This document shows, in pieces, positions 17,675-29,837 of a stretch of 51,970 bases of DNA. The first letter of the stretch is position 1; each line of letters opens with the position of its first letter. Location of the stretch: assembly GCA_000934665.2 (NCBI GenBank), contig KZ538716.1, positions 1 to 51,970 of the forward strand, in the 5' to 3' direction. The notes below the pieces were generated by a model. The model worked only from the letters and a program-made list of their open reading frames with translations. It was not told where the DNA came from and made no database searches. Position numbers and translations under genes: made by a program. This DNA comes from Catajapyx aquilonaris (taxonomy: Eukaryota).

Positions 17675-18212
17675 ACTGCCTCATGGGCTGCAACTTTCGC
17701 TGCTCTCTCTCTCTCTGTCATAATTTTCTGCTATCCGTGTCTTCACTCAAACATTCTGTTCTATGCTGAATTCCTTCAACTTATATGTTGTACGTTTCCC
17801 TTAGTCCGCTTCATCAAGCTCCAAGAGAGAGAAAATGGGGATTATGGGGGTCTCAAGCTGTGCGTGTTCATGTGAGTCCTACATCATTCATTGCAATTAA
17901 AATTCATGTTATATAACTTAATCATAGAAACAATCATGAAATGTGTAGATGACTTTTTTTATTTACACATGGTAGCATTAGGGGGAAAAAGCACTATGTT
18001 CTAAGATGGGGCAGAAATACATGAGGAAAATGCACGGGAAACTGACAATAAATTTAAAGCACTGGTGGTCACCATTTTTAACTAGTTATTTTTGGCAAAT
18101 ATTGAGAGATTCCTGTTGCATGCACATCTGCTTTGGGTAAGGTGCCAAAAATGAACCCCACAATCTATTACATTTTGTCTATAAATGTATGCAGGTATTT
18201 GATACTCTACAT

Positions 18213-18644
18213 CAGTGGTCCCCAACCCCCGGGCCGCGGACCGGTACCGGTCCGTGGATCAAATGGTACCGGGCCGCCCAATTATTTCCATTTCATTTTT
18301 TTTTCTACATTTATCGATATATCGTCTGATCTGGGGCCGTGGTACGGTATTTCTGGCTTTGGCAGGGTATTTCCAACGCTATACCCCTAGATGGAACCGT
18401 CTCATTGCAAAGAAACAAGCTCAGGGTTCTCATTGATTTTGCGTTCAAGTGAGGTGACATGTTCAATCACTTTATATTCATTTTTTGGTGTAACTATATT
18501 TTGTTTTGAAGCCATGTTTAAGTACAATAAAATGAGAATTATTAAATCAAAACAATCTATACCCCCCCCCCCCCCCTCAGCGGGCCGTGGTAAAATTATC
18601 AAACGTTGACCGGTCCGGGGCGATAAAAAGGTTGGGGACCACTG
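18213..18644. mobile_element. hAT (Charlie/Buster-group) MITE
   Basis: TIR CAGTGGTCCCCAACC / GGTTGGGGACCACTG. Perfect 8-bp TSD CTCTACAT at 18205-18212 and 18645-18652. Confidence 0.92.
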
Positions 18645-21600
18645 CTCTACATCATATCGCATTTGCCATATGCATGCAGACCCAACCAAAAGCCACATCC
18701 ATATCTGCAATTTTGTGTATAAGTACTACAAACATATTTTGTTTTCTACAAAAATCCAGGTTATACTTTTCCATATATTTTTAAATGCCTCCATATGTCA
18801 CACCATCACTGATGTAATATTATAGCGCTAGAGAACACTTGAGAATTTCAAGACCTCACACTAATAAAACCAGTTCTGTCTCAAGTGGCTGCAAAATATA
18901 CAATATTGTACAGTAAATATAAAATCTATTAATATTGTACAGCAAAGACTATAGCCTACACATCTAAGACACTCTGACCTACTGTTACTTTTAAGGGAAG
19001 AGCAATACCTTAAATCTGATCCTTGGTATTACCATTTGAGAATGTTAAATGCTTTGTGAAAATCTTCATCGTGCTATTTCAAGTGTTGACACAATCCATG
19101 ACTCTTCTTCTGCAGCTACACACTTGATAACTCTTCAACAATGCAAAATGAGAGTCTAAAGTCTTGCTTCCAGCGCAAAAATTAGTGCCATGTAACAGAA
19201 ACTCCTAGCTGGCCGTTCACCATGCACCAGATGTAGTGAACATGGAGTGTGACGCGAGGCTTATATTTTAGTCAATGACGGCACCACGCCAACCTTTCTT
19301 ATGTGGCCTTATCATTTTGTTGGCACAGTGGCCTTATTGTCAAGCTGAACAATATTTGCAACATCTAGACAGTGATGAAAAGCAAAAACTGCATACAATA
19401 AATGTCAATCCACTTGAACATGATTATATGTGCAAGGTGATCACACTGTCCTCCTCTCCAATCCCCAAAATGTTCTCGTGGGCTTCTAGATACATAAAAA
19501 GGTGACATTGTGATCACCTTTAATTGTTTGTTGTGGCCTGTCAAGTGCTGTGGATACATGTTGTTCAAGTAGGTGACATAATAATAATAATAATGCTCTT
19601 CAGTTCAGAAGGCTTACAAGCACCAACTACCTGCAGAAGCAAAGTTCCTTTATACAGTATGTTGATAACATCTCATGTGACAGCATCCTTCGGAAAAACA
19701 TGTGAATTACCTTGTGAATTACTTGCCATAACAAAATGCTGCCACGTCATTTTCCTTGGTTTCCAAAATTTGAAGCAAAAGCTTTTGACAGAATTTCATT
19801 GTATGATGCAGGCATAATTCACTTGTAGCTGGATCCAAGATGCTATAAAATTGAAAATGTAACCAACATGTTGAGTAATGTTGGGAAGTTGTAATGTGGG
19901 CAAACATTTCTGTCGTGGAAGTAGTTGATTGTCAGTAATATCCTGCTATTTCACCTGGTGAGGTGGATGCAGATGGTGCTACTGTAGGCCTACAATGTCA
20001 TGGTGCTCAAATGCTTCCCTGGAACTTGTTGAAAAAAAGTATTCTCTGAATACTGATGTACTTCATGGAGATATTAGCAAGTACTGTCAAATATTACAAT
20101 CCATAATCACTTACAATATTTGGCAATACACTATGAGAATCAATATTTTAATAACATTCACCTGTATAGTTACAGCTTACAGGTACACTGGTTTGGTTTA
20201 GTTCCAGGACTTGCTGAAATCTCCCTGACAATAACATATTTAGCTACAGATTTGGAAGCATGCATAAATGGGAGGCAACAGCCCATCTTGGCTTACTGAG
20301 GGAGTGAAGCCAGCAAGGAATAGTTGGTGAAGCTTATTTGCTATCTTAACCTGGGAATAAAATATAGACAAGGTGGTGCCAAAGGTGTGCACATCTTCTC
20401 AGAGTTAAGCTTCTTTAAAATTTCTTATGATGAAATTACTGTAGTTGCTTTTGATGCTTTCAGTTTCGTATGGAAGCTATAATAGCTTGTCAGGTTTGAC
20501 ATCCTGGCGATAGGGCCTACAAGCGAGCCCCCACCCCCACCAAACATCCCAGATACATGTTGACAAAATCAAACAGGATAATTTCATCTGAGAAAATCGC
20601 CAGAAGCCTAAATCCAAGGGGAAGTGTACACATGGCACAACCCTGTATGTACATGATGTTTAGTTACAGTTACCAGTTGACTATCCTGCTGTCAGTGTTA
20701 TTTGGCCCAAATAAAATCAAAAGTGAAGGGGTGAGAAATGTCCAGGGACTAACTGGTAAAGAGGCAGACGACCAGATACAGTTCTCTTCCCCTAGACATG
20801 TGCAACAATCCACATGGCAGCCAAAGGCAGGCAGAAAATACTGTGAATTTGCATTCATTTCCTAGGGAGCAGGATATGAGTATGATCATGGTTACTGTGC
20901 GCAAGAGATGTTTTCAAGTTCACCTCATGGACAATAACCATTGTCACTCTCATATCCTACTTCCTAGACAACTACTGCATGTCCATGGGCTGTTCTGCCT
21001 GCTTTTGGCTATGTTGGCTATCAAGAATGTCTAGTGGAATGCAAATAATATGCCTAGTTGTCTACTTGATACTGGTTGGTTCCTCAACATTTCTTACACC
21101 CACCGTTTTCACTTCCCTCATACATCCATATATCCTCTACACCATTATTAATCAAGGAGAGCAAGGTCAAAGCTCTAGTGTACTGTACATTATATCCAGG
21201 TTAAGACAATCAATCAACCCACTATTCGTTACCTGAATTTGCACCCACCTAATTCAAGATGTCACATATCATCGGCATACAAGAGAAATCCTCCCAAAAA
21301 AACCGTTTCCAAATAATCCAAAGTGAAGATTTCACCTTGCACTTGTCTACATGCTAGTGAAGATTAAAAACTACTCTGGCTCACTGGCTCATTATGAACC
21401 TTGAGGACTAAGTGGACTTCACCAGGCAATAGGCCAGGAAAAAAATGCTACTTAGTGGTGTACATCATTCAAAACCACTAAAATTGAACTTAGTGGATTT
21501 CTTCTGTATGCTGATCATAGCACATGTGATCTCTCCTTTATTCATCCTCCTAGGTGGACACACATTGTGATGGTGGACATCTTGCAAATACTGCCAATCT

Positions 21601-22610
21601 TGAGTTGGCACTTTAACATAACACCTTACAACCTGTGTCAACTCCTGGAGTTCACTATGCTACTCAACTTGGGTGAATGTAGTTTAAGCAACGAAAATGT
21701 GTTACACAATGTGGAGTTGTTTCCCCCACAATATGAACTGTGAACTACAGCAGTATTGTAGCAATTAAGCACAGATTGTCACTGTGTGATTTAGAAACTG
21801 TAGGAAAAATAAAATGACAGTTGACAACAAAAGTGCATTTATTTTTCTGCTCTGCAGACGACACTCATGTTATGCTGGTGTTGCACACCTGCATAACCTG
21901 TGTGTATGCATATACATGAAAAAAATAACAGTTCATAGGATATCACTGATGTGGAAAAGATCAATTTTCAAACATTTACATTATTAATTGCCAGTCAGCA
22001 ACAGTGAGCATATCATGTACAGTACATGTACAGTACATATACAGGTGACACTGAACCTAGCAGCTCAGATATATCAGATTAAATAAAGCCAAAATTAACA
22101 GCCTTGATAAAAAGTACCAAGTTGGTTATTTAATGAACTGTTAATGCAAAGCAAATTTAGAATTCCCTCTATGTTTCTGCATATTGTACATATAATAATG
22201 ACGATAATGATAATGTGAAGTGACTAGCCTTTAAAGCTTGGTTTGTTGTCTTGCACAGCTTAATTTCTTTGGCAATATCTGTGTTCTGTTCCCAAATCAT
22301 GTCTCTTTCCTATGGCAAGTGCCATCCTGTTCACATTTTGTTCTTAGCTATTTGAAAATAATTTTCCTATTTCACAAGGGCAAATTGAATTTACACCATA
22401 ATTCCATGTTCACTCCCTGTCACTTCCACTAACCACCTAACTCAGTAGCCCACCTACTCATAATTATTACCTTCATCTCCAAGTCAGGGCACCACATTAA
22501 AAAAGACAAGATAGTAAATCAGTAGCAACCTCCAGTAGTTTCATTTTTGAAGTAGGGATGAGCAGGATAGACCCAAAGCATTCTCAAGGCAACATTCTAA
22601 ATCATAGTAT

Positions 22611-22753
22611 CCTCCTGAGACCTGATGTCCAATATATTGGATATCAGCAAAAAACATTAAAAAAAAAACAATAAATAAAAAAGGCGTCAATTTCAGTTGA
22701 CGCAATTTTTTTTCTTCTGATGTCCAATATATTGGGCATCAGGTCTCAGGAGG
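22611..22753. mobile_element. Short MITE, possibly piggyBac-derived
   Basis: TIR CCTCCTGAGACCTGATGTCCAATATATTGG versus CCAATATATTGGGCATCAGGTCTCAGGAGG. Confidence 0.7.
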
Positions 22754-23360
22754 TTATGTACTTATAAAATGTTATCTCATCCCATATTCCTGCCAAATTG
22801 ATGATAATTACTTGTTGCCAACATCAATCCTGTGGAGAAACCAATTTCTATTTCTAATAGTGTAATAGTACAAAAATATTATTTCTAACTTTCTAATGAA
22901 AGATATTTGACTATAAAAATCATGACTAAATCATTGGTTTCACTGTGCATGTGATGATGGTGATGATGATGATGTCTTCTGTTAGTTACCTAGAAATTTA
23001 ATTCAAGTCAGATAATGCTCATTGGCACACTACCTAATATCATATTTCTTCAATGCCCATACTACTGTTTGCTGGGGGAAAATATTTGCGTAGTCTGAAA
23101 CTCTGAACTTTTCCTTTTGTAATTGGTCTATATCAAGGGTACAGTAGAATTTTCAGAGGAATTGATGTGACAGCCAATCATAAGCGAGAAAACTTGGCAC
23201 TTCATTGCGTGGCTAGTTTTTGTAGAACTTCTGCCAAGTTTCCCACTGCCGTCTGATTAGCAACCCATACCTTGTTCCCTCAGAATAATCTTAAAAGGTT
23301 ACATCTCTCACACATGTACTGCATCATTTCATTTCAGGGCAGGGAACACTGGGATCTATA

Positions 23361-23981
23361 CAGTGGTGGGCACGGCTAACCAGAAGTTTAGCTTCGCTAA
23401 CCGCTAATCTGCTAAAACTGTTGACTTCACTAAATCGCTAATGCTGAACAGCCAGAAATATTATCAGAAGCTAATACTAACTTTTATTATATGGATTTTG
23501 TCTTTTTTGGCTCTATGACCCTTTAAAAAATAAAAACAGACCGAGAGTGCTGGAGCCTTGAGAGCACTGCTACACATATGCTTTATTTAATTATTATTTT
23601 ACTGTTCCATACAAAAAGTAATAAACAAATCAAAAAAGCAAACAAGTTTAATTGTAACAAAAGTATTACATTTTACAATTGGAAAATGTAATCCACTTCG
23701 GCTGGACCACATCCTACTCCATCGTTTCATAGTGATGGTGGTTGGCCTTCAAAAATATCAGCCTCTCAAAGTTGTCACCTGAGACGCAGTGCTTCCCAAA
23801 CTGTTGGTCGCGACCCCATTTACAGCAAGACAGGAGTGTATGTATAATTCTGTTAGCGGACTTACATTTAGCGGAAGCCAATTGGGCCGCTAATGGTTCA
23901 CAAAGTTAGTGAAAACGCTAATCAGCTAACAAACAGGCTGGCTCCGCTAATTAGCGGTTAGCGGAACTATGCCCACCACTG
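23361..23981 (-). mobile_element. Internally deleted hAT (Ac/Tol2-group-like) element with a transposase C-terminal remnant
   Basis: TIR CAGTGGTGGGCA / TGCCCACCACTG. TSD GATCTATA/GATCTATG. GCTAA/TTAGC subterminal repeats. Minus strand 23785-23741 reads VSGDNFERLIFLKAN, typical of the end of the hAT dimerization domain. Confidence 0.85.
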
Positions 23982-24478
23982 GATCTATGCCAATGTCCAG
24001 CTGTGAAGGGGATCTGGGGTTCAAATCCCGTTCCTGACACTTCTTTTTTTCTTCTTTTCTACCAGTGTGTCCAGGCAGACTTGCACTTCCATCTCTGTCC
24101 ACATGGACAAGAGGCAAGGTCTAGCAAACAGGTGGCCAGAAATTACTCAAAAATCTTAAGTGCATTGTGTGGGAACTTTCCCACTCCCCATAATTTAAGT
24201 GATTACATGTCAATGATGTCATAATAAAGGTGCATGACATACATACTACAGGGATAACAGCACTACCATGCTTTTACTCCAGAAAAAGCAAATATCCCAG
24301 CATTTGCTTCATATATTTTTTATATTGGGGAAGAAAAAAGGTGAGTCCTTTTCTTACACACTACCCCACTCACACATAGAGAAGCAAATGAAACACTTGT
24401 ATTCGTTTAATTTTTGCAATTGTGAGAATGTAGCTTGTATTCATCCCTACATAACTACGTTTTGTAACTGCATGGCTT

Positions 24479-25606
24479 TCATATAATTTTCCCTATTGAA
24501 ATATGGTGAAAAACAGATGCAAGTTTTGCACTTGCATTTCTGTGAAAGAAAATTATAACAGCAATGATTGCAATAATACTACAAAGGTAAATCTTAATCA
24601 CAGTTGATTCCCGAGGCATGTAGCATTTTCCAATAGAATACATAGTGGGTGTGAATACTGCCAGAGCAAGACTGGGGTTATTCTTGTTGTGCCAATTAAA
24701 TGAAGGCAAAGTCCATTCTTCTGCACCATTTGGGTGCTCCAAACGACAGCCATGATGAGTGTGACCTGTGACAATAACTCGAGGATTGAGTAGATTAATG
24801 AGCATTTGAGATGATTCTTTTGATATGCACTCCCATTTTTCTCTAAAGGCCTGATTTTTTTCATCAGCAGGAGCCTCATCAGGTTCATGGCAACTCTGAT
24901 CTGAATCTCTATGCATTGGAAAATGTTGCAGAAGAATGGGGCGACTGTAATTGCTTATCCCAAAGTTATTTTGGCACACAGATGTACGTGTCTTGGTACA
25001 TTCAAGAGCTTCACTAATTTGCCTAATTTTTTCCTCAGCTGTGCGGCAAAGGTAGCATCCGTCTCCTTCCATTGCCATGCTATTGAGCAAAACAAAGTGA
25101 TTTCCTTTAAGAGTGAGCACTCTAACTGCAGGTGCATTAAAGGCCTGCACAAATCTTTGGTTCAAATAGGGTGTAATTCCATCATGAAAACCAATGTCAT
25201 GATTTCCTACCACTACGTTAAGTTGGGTATGTTCAGGGACAGCAAACAGGCGCTTAAAGTGTTGCACATAATCTTCAAACTCACTACCATCTGTCCACAA
25301 TCCTTCATCAAATAGATCACCTAGAACAAACACAGCTTCAGGACTGTGAAGGGTCATTGCAGTTTGAAATGCTCTATTCATCTGCCATTCCCTACGCAGC
25401 TTATCAAACCAATGACCTCGATTAGGTCCCAGCAAGTGAGTATCTGCAATAATCATAACATGGAGCTCAGTACCTTTGGCTGCTCTCATACTGGGTAATT
25501 GGGGCCAGCGACATCGCAATAAGACAAGGTAATACACACCAAACTCACAAAATACAATAATGCACATACACAAAAGCAGTAGTTTGAGATACAGTGGCCA
25601 GTTCAT
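24479..25606 (-). CDS. MPPE1: Metallophosphoesterase 1 / PGAP5 (GPI-anchor remodelling), 375 aa, uninterrupted ORF
   Basis: N-terminal TM followed by FCEF..YY...C.WP. Calcineurin-like motifs ADTHLLG, GHWFDKLRREWQM, LGDLFDEG, VGNHDIGFH, NSMAMEGDGC, LLQHFP, GHTHHGC, PSFNWHNKNNPS. C-terminal TM segment. Confidence 0.96.
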   Translation of the reverse strand: MNWPLYLKLLLLCMCIIVFCEFGVYYLVLLRCRWPQLPSMRAAKGTELHVMIIADTHLLGPNRGHWFDKLRREWQMNRAFQTAMTLHSPEAVFVLGDLFDEGLWTDGSEFEDYVQHFKRLFAVPEHTQLNVVVGNHDIGFHDGITPYLNQRFVQAFNAPAVRVLTLKGNHFVLLNSMAMEGDGCYLCRTAEEKIRQISEALECTKTRTSVCQNNFGISNYSRPILLQHFPMHRDSDQSCHEPDEAPADEKNQAFREKWECISKESSQMLINLLNPRVIVTGHTHHGCRLEHPNGAEEWTLPSFNWHNKNNPSLALAVFTPTMYSIGKCYMPRESTVIKIYLCSIIAIIAVIIFFHRNASAKLASVFHHISIGKII

Positions 25607-26029
25607 TTTCCCTACTTATGTCCACAATATTACCAAGAATGAACACAAAACATGAGGTCACATCTTCAGTTACACAATTAAGTAAGGATTCTCAGACTGT
25701 GTATAGCCACATAACATGAAGGGTTGCACGTATGTCTCATAATGTTTGCAAAAGTTTCTCACTTCCAGACCTGCACAGCTGCAATGAAAATATTGATTCA
25801 TTTCTCTGGCACAAGTACAGTTCAAGTTTGACACTTGAAACCTGGCCACAACACACAACTGTAAACCACTCTGCAGTGAAAGCAAACTGCTGGTACATAC
25901 TTTCAGTAATGCTGCCAGTAATAATCCTTTGCGCACTGTCAAATAGTTACTCAATGTTCAGCCTTCCAGGTGTAAGACTGTAGTGTACTGCAGATTAATA
26001 AGTTATGCCTCATTATAGGCGTGAGAAAG

Positions 26030-26480
26030 GCCCCACTTGGTGTGACTTGCGCCATAGATATCAGGCAGTAATAATCACGATATCGACGGCTTTTGCTTTG
26101 TAAATTTTATGAACACAGGCACGGCCTACTACATATTGTACTGCACTGTACCATTAGCTCTTGACTGTACCATACAAGGTGCGGTTGCTGCTTGCACAAA
26201 ACTGCATGCCATCCCACTCATGCCCCATACGGCTCCACGTCCAGAATGAATTAATTTTGGCGACCTGAAGGCTACAAAATGAACCAAATTGCAGCCGCCT
26301 GGCCGAGCAATTTTTTGAAGGGAAAGAACCGTCCGTCTGGCATTCTGCAGCCTATTGCCTATTGCTTCATCTGGTCACTATGATTCCAAAATGGCCGCCA
26401 GCGGAAACCTGCAAAATTCTGCAGATCCTCGCAAAATTGAATCAACGAGAAACGACAGGCTTTAAGCGGTTTTTAAACTG
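26030..26480. promoter_or_regulatory. CpG-rich island, probable MPPE1 promoter
   Basis: Locally CpG-rich block between visibly CpG-poor flanks, 0.4-0.9 kb upstream of the MPPE1 ATG. YY1/Pho-like AAAATGGCCGCC at 26388-26399. Confidence 0.45.
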
Positions 26481-26862
26481 TCCGATTCGTCGGGATTAAT
26501 CTTGAATAAATCTATGGTACAGCCAAGCATCCAGAACCCGCTCAAGAGGCCTGGAAGCCACCTCCTGGACTCAATCAAGTCCAATTATTAGGTATCAACA
26601 GGTATCAATACATATTTTTGCAGTTCCTATTTGGGGTAGGCAGTTCATTGTTGCCCAACAATTAATAGCAAGGGTTGAATTTCATGAACTGTTCTATCCC
26701 ATATCGTATGTCTGAAGGTTAGGTAGCATCAGTGCTAACAGAGCAAAGATGGGGATGTATCTAAGGATTGGGAGAATCAATTCAAGGAACCTGGATGAGA
26801 TGGAACACCATCTGCAAGGTCGGGCTGGGTACGGAATCATGCTTGTCGTATCGTCTCCCTAC

Positions 26863-27340
26863 TACCTCATCACATCGGCCCTCTACTACCCCTTCCATTA
26901 CGCCCAGATGCTCATGCAGCTGGGTTATGAACCTATTCCTCCTCGGGATGGCAATGTGGGGAAACCAAGCCCATTTTCTGCCAAACATTTTTCAGTACAT
27001 TGCCTTCATAATGAAGTTTCATTATGCCAGGTATTCCCTTAAAGTGAAATGGTACAGTGAGTTTATCATGTTGCCCTACTGATAGAGAACTCACGTGTCA
27101 GCTGATGAGATGGCTTTCCTGCCCAGGGTCACCTCTTTCATGATCAATGTCACCATGGTCAACGTCAACAACCCAGCCCAGCTTGACCAGTTGGCTAGAA
27201 GTCTGCACTCTGTTCTCCCCCTGCCCCTACCTCCTTATTTCTGCAAGCACCTGACCAGTGATTCAGAATTTTTTGTACTTGGTTATGTAAAGTAACGAGG
27301 AGGCTCTTTCTCATTATTTACTGGCACCCCGATGTTGGGA
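26863..27340 (+). pseudogene. MTCH2: Mitochondrial carrier homolog (MTCH2/Mtch)-like pseudogene fragment
   Basis: Frame A reads SALYYPFHYAQMLMQLGYEPIPPRDGNVGKP. After a frameshift near 26955-26975 it continues FLPNIFQYIAFIMK, and after about 280 nt of other sequence GGSFSLFTG-TPML. This matches the recalled Mtch N-terminus (HPxEYAKxLIQLGYEPxP...GKP...LPNIFQY...GLFTGLTPRL). Confidence 0.72.
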
Positions 27341-27402
27341 CATGGATGATGATGTTGATGAAAAATATTGTCTCGAGTAACAGTTACCAGCCACCACACT
27401 AA

Positions 27403-27769
27403 GGGCCAGTTGCATGAACACAAACTGGGGGAAATCTCTGATTATGCATAGCTATTTCAGGGGTTGAATCTTAAATTGTATGTCCACATGCAAAGTTTGC
27501 ACTCCAGACTTTCATCTGGAGTGCAAATTGCTTACTCTGAGTGCTTAATTTTTAATTACTGGGTTTAGGTACAGTATGTTAAAAAACAGGATCAACTGGA
27601 GTGCAAACTTTGCACTCCATGGCTCACTTTGGACTTTTGGAGTGCAAATCATAATTTTGGAGTGCAAATTGCACCTTTGCATCCGAATATTTTGACCACT
27701 GCTATTCACAATACATAATCTGAAATAATCAGATATTTCCTCCATAATTTGAGTTGATACAACTGGCCC
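27403..27769. mobile_element. PIF/Harbinger-like MITE with internal GGAGTGCAAA repeats
   Basis: TAA|GGGCCAGTTG ... CAACTGGCCC|TAA. Confidence 0.75.
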
Positions 27770-28355
27770 TAAGAGATCAATAAATGCAGTCTCTCAAGTC
27801 CAGTTGTATTGTATTGTATTGTATTGTATCCAGTGTAAGGAAAATTAAAAAGGCATATCTGATTATGTACAGTACATACCAAATACATTATATTATCAAA
27901 GATTAAATCGTAATTTGAGGTGTGAATGCAAATGAGAGAAAATCTACACTCGTATAGAAATTTTAAATAGTAATGAGATTTTATCCTTAATTTGTGTTCA
28001 CACATCCTGCCTTTGTCTCAGCCCCCTTTTACTAAAATAAAAACACAATCTTCAGGTCTTTATTAAAATTTCAAAATAGAAAAGAACTATATTTTCAAAA
28101 ATAAATAATTCTTTAGCACCAAGTTTCAGTTTCTTATCAGACACAAATATGGAATGAGTGTACATAAGTGTAAGACTGACTGTGAGAAACATGCTACACT
28201 TGTTGCCTGCCTAAAGACTTTAGAAATATAAGATGCTCATCCAGCGGCCTGGTGTGAGGGGTGGTTTTTGCTGCCGCAAATCTTCCATGCTGAAATAAGC
28301 AGAAAGGACTTGCCTCAATATTTTTCCAAAAATCTGACATACTGTATCTGACAAA

Positions 28356-28741
28356 TCGTCACGGTTCTGACAAAACCTCGTAAGCGACAAAAAGCAAATT
28401 TCACAGGAGACACAAAAAACCGTTTTCCGAAGGCATGAGTCGTAATAAAATTATGAGTCATTATTCCTAGCTTGCACTCCAAGATTGATGCAGGGGTCCT
28501 ACCATGTGCTCAGCTGTCATGGTGGGACTGTTTCTTACGTGGCTTAGCCTAGGGTTTTGCGCACAGAAAGGCTTCCAACCGGATACGTGTTTTGGTCATG
28601 TGACCGCATGGAGCTTTTCCATGGGGCCAACGGTTCCGAGGTCTTCGCCGGACGTAAAGGGTGCCAGATTGTTCTCGAATGTGCAATAAAATGCAATCGG
28701 CGCCTGGTGGCGCTTACGAGGTTTTGTCAGAACAGCGACGA
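28356..28741. mobile_element. MITE with about 30-bp TIRs, superfamily unclear
   Basis: TCGTCACGGTTCTGACAAAACCTCGTAAGCG versus CGCTTACGAGGTTTTGTCAGAACAGCGACGA. Confidence 0.7.
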
Positions 28742-29358
28742 AATGTTTTAAAGAACTGACACCTTATATTACAAAAATATTGATTATGCCGATCTGCATA
28801 CATCTGATATGTAAGAGTTATGTGGTAATAGGAAATATCCATTTTACGCTGAAATCAGAAATGGAGTCCATTTCTCATGAATATCTCCTGAAACTGATGT
28901 GACATATTTTCTATCACCTCAGGTTATTTTGATTCAGATGGACTTTTTCTTGGAATATACATGCTTTAAAGAAACAGTGCTGCAACACTGCCAAGTGGCA
29001 AGCGTAAACAGCAGGAAAAGATGTGTTCACTTGGAAGTTATGTTTTTCTATTCAATTCACCATGGAATACTGATGTCACGTGTTGATTCTTCTAACGCTT
29101 TGCTTCCTGTGCTTTGCTCATTTGATTAGAGTCAAAGATTTACTAAATAGTAATTGATTTATGCAAGGATAGTGTATGCCCAGTGTACTGATTACACATG
29201 CAGATAAGTCTGAAAAATTGCTTACAAACAGGCACTTCACTTGGGGCACACTGTACACAATAACAATTAGGATTGTAGCAAGGGTAAACTTCTATTTGTT
29301 GAGGTCATTCTTGACTTTTCACTTACTATTGTCATATTTTAAATTCTTAAATCATAAC

Positions 29359-29803
29359 CAGGGAGCATATACTACATAAGAGGCGCAAACTTCTGTCAGG
29401 CCATTGTTGTTAGCGTCTCTCTGTTTATAGGGCGTTACTAAGGCCGGCGGCCATCTTGACCTGTGTGGGATGCCAACGAGGTATAAATAGGGTACAGGCA
29501 AAAATAAGGTCCGCCATCTTTGATGGTTTTGGCAGCCATGGCAATACACGGCAATAACACCCGCGAATTTGAATTCGATATTGGAAAATGGGTAAGTATA
29601 AATTGTTGTTGCCGTGTATTGCCATGGCAGCCCAAACCATCAAAGATGGCGGACCCCGCGGACCTTGACGGCCTGCCTGTACCCTATTTACACCTCGTTG
29701 ACATACCACACACTCCAAGATGGCCGCCAGCCTTGACAACGCCATAAACAGAGAGACGAAAAAAATCGAATGTTTGCGCCTCTTATGTAGTATATGCTCC
29801 CTG
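29359..29803. mobile_element. Palindromic MITE, P-element-like termini, 7-bp TSD
   Basis: Perfect 32-bp TIR CAGGGAGCATATACTACATAAGAGGCGCAAAC. TSD TCATAAC at 29352-29358 and 29804-29810. The interior is also palindromic. Confidence 0.85.
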
Positions 29804-29837
29804 TCATAACATCAATCCTCCCAGTTTGTATATATTG

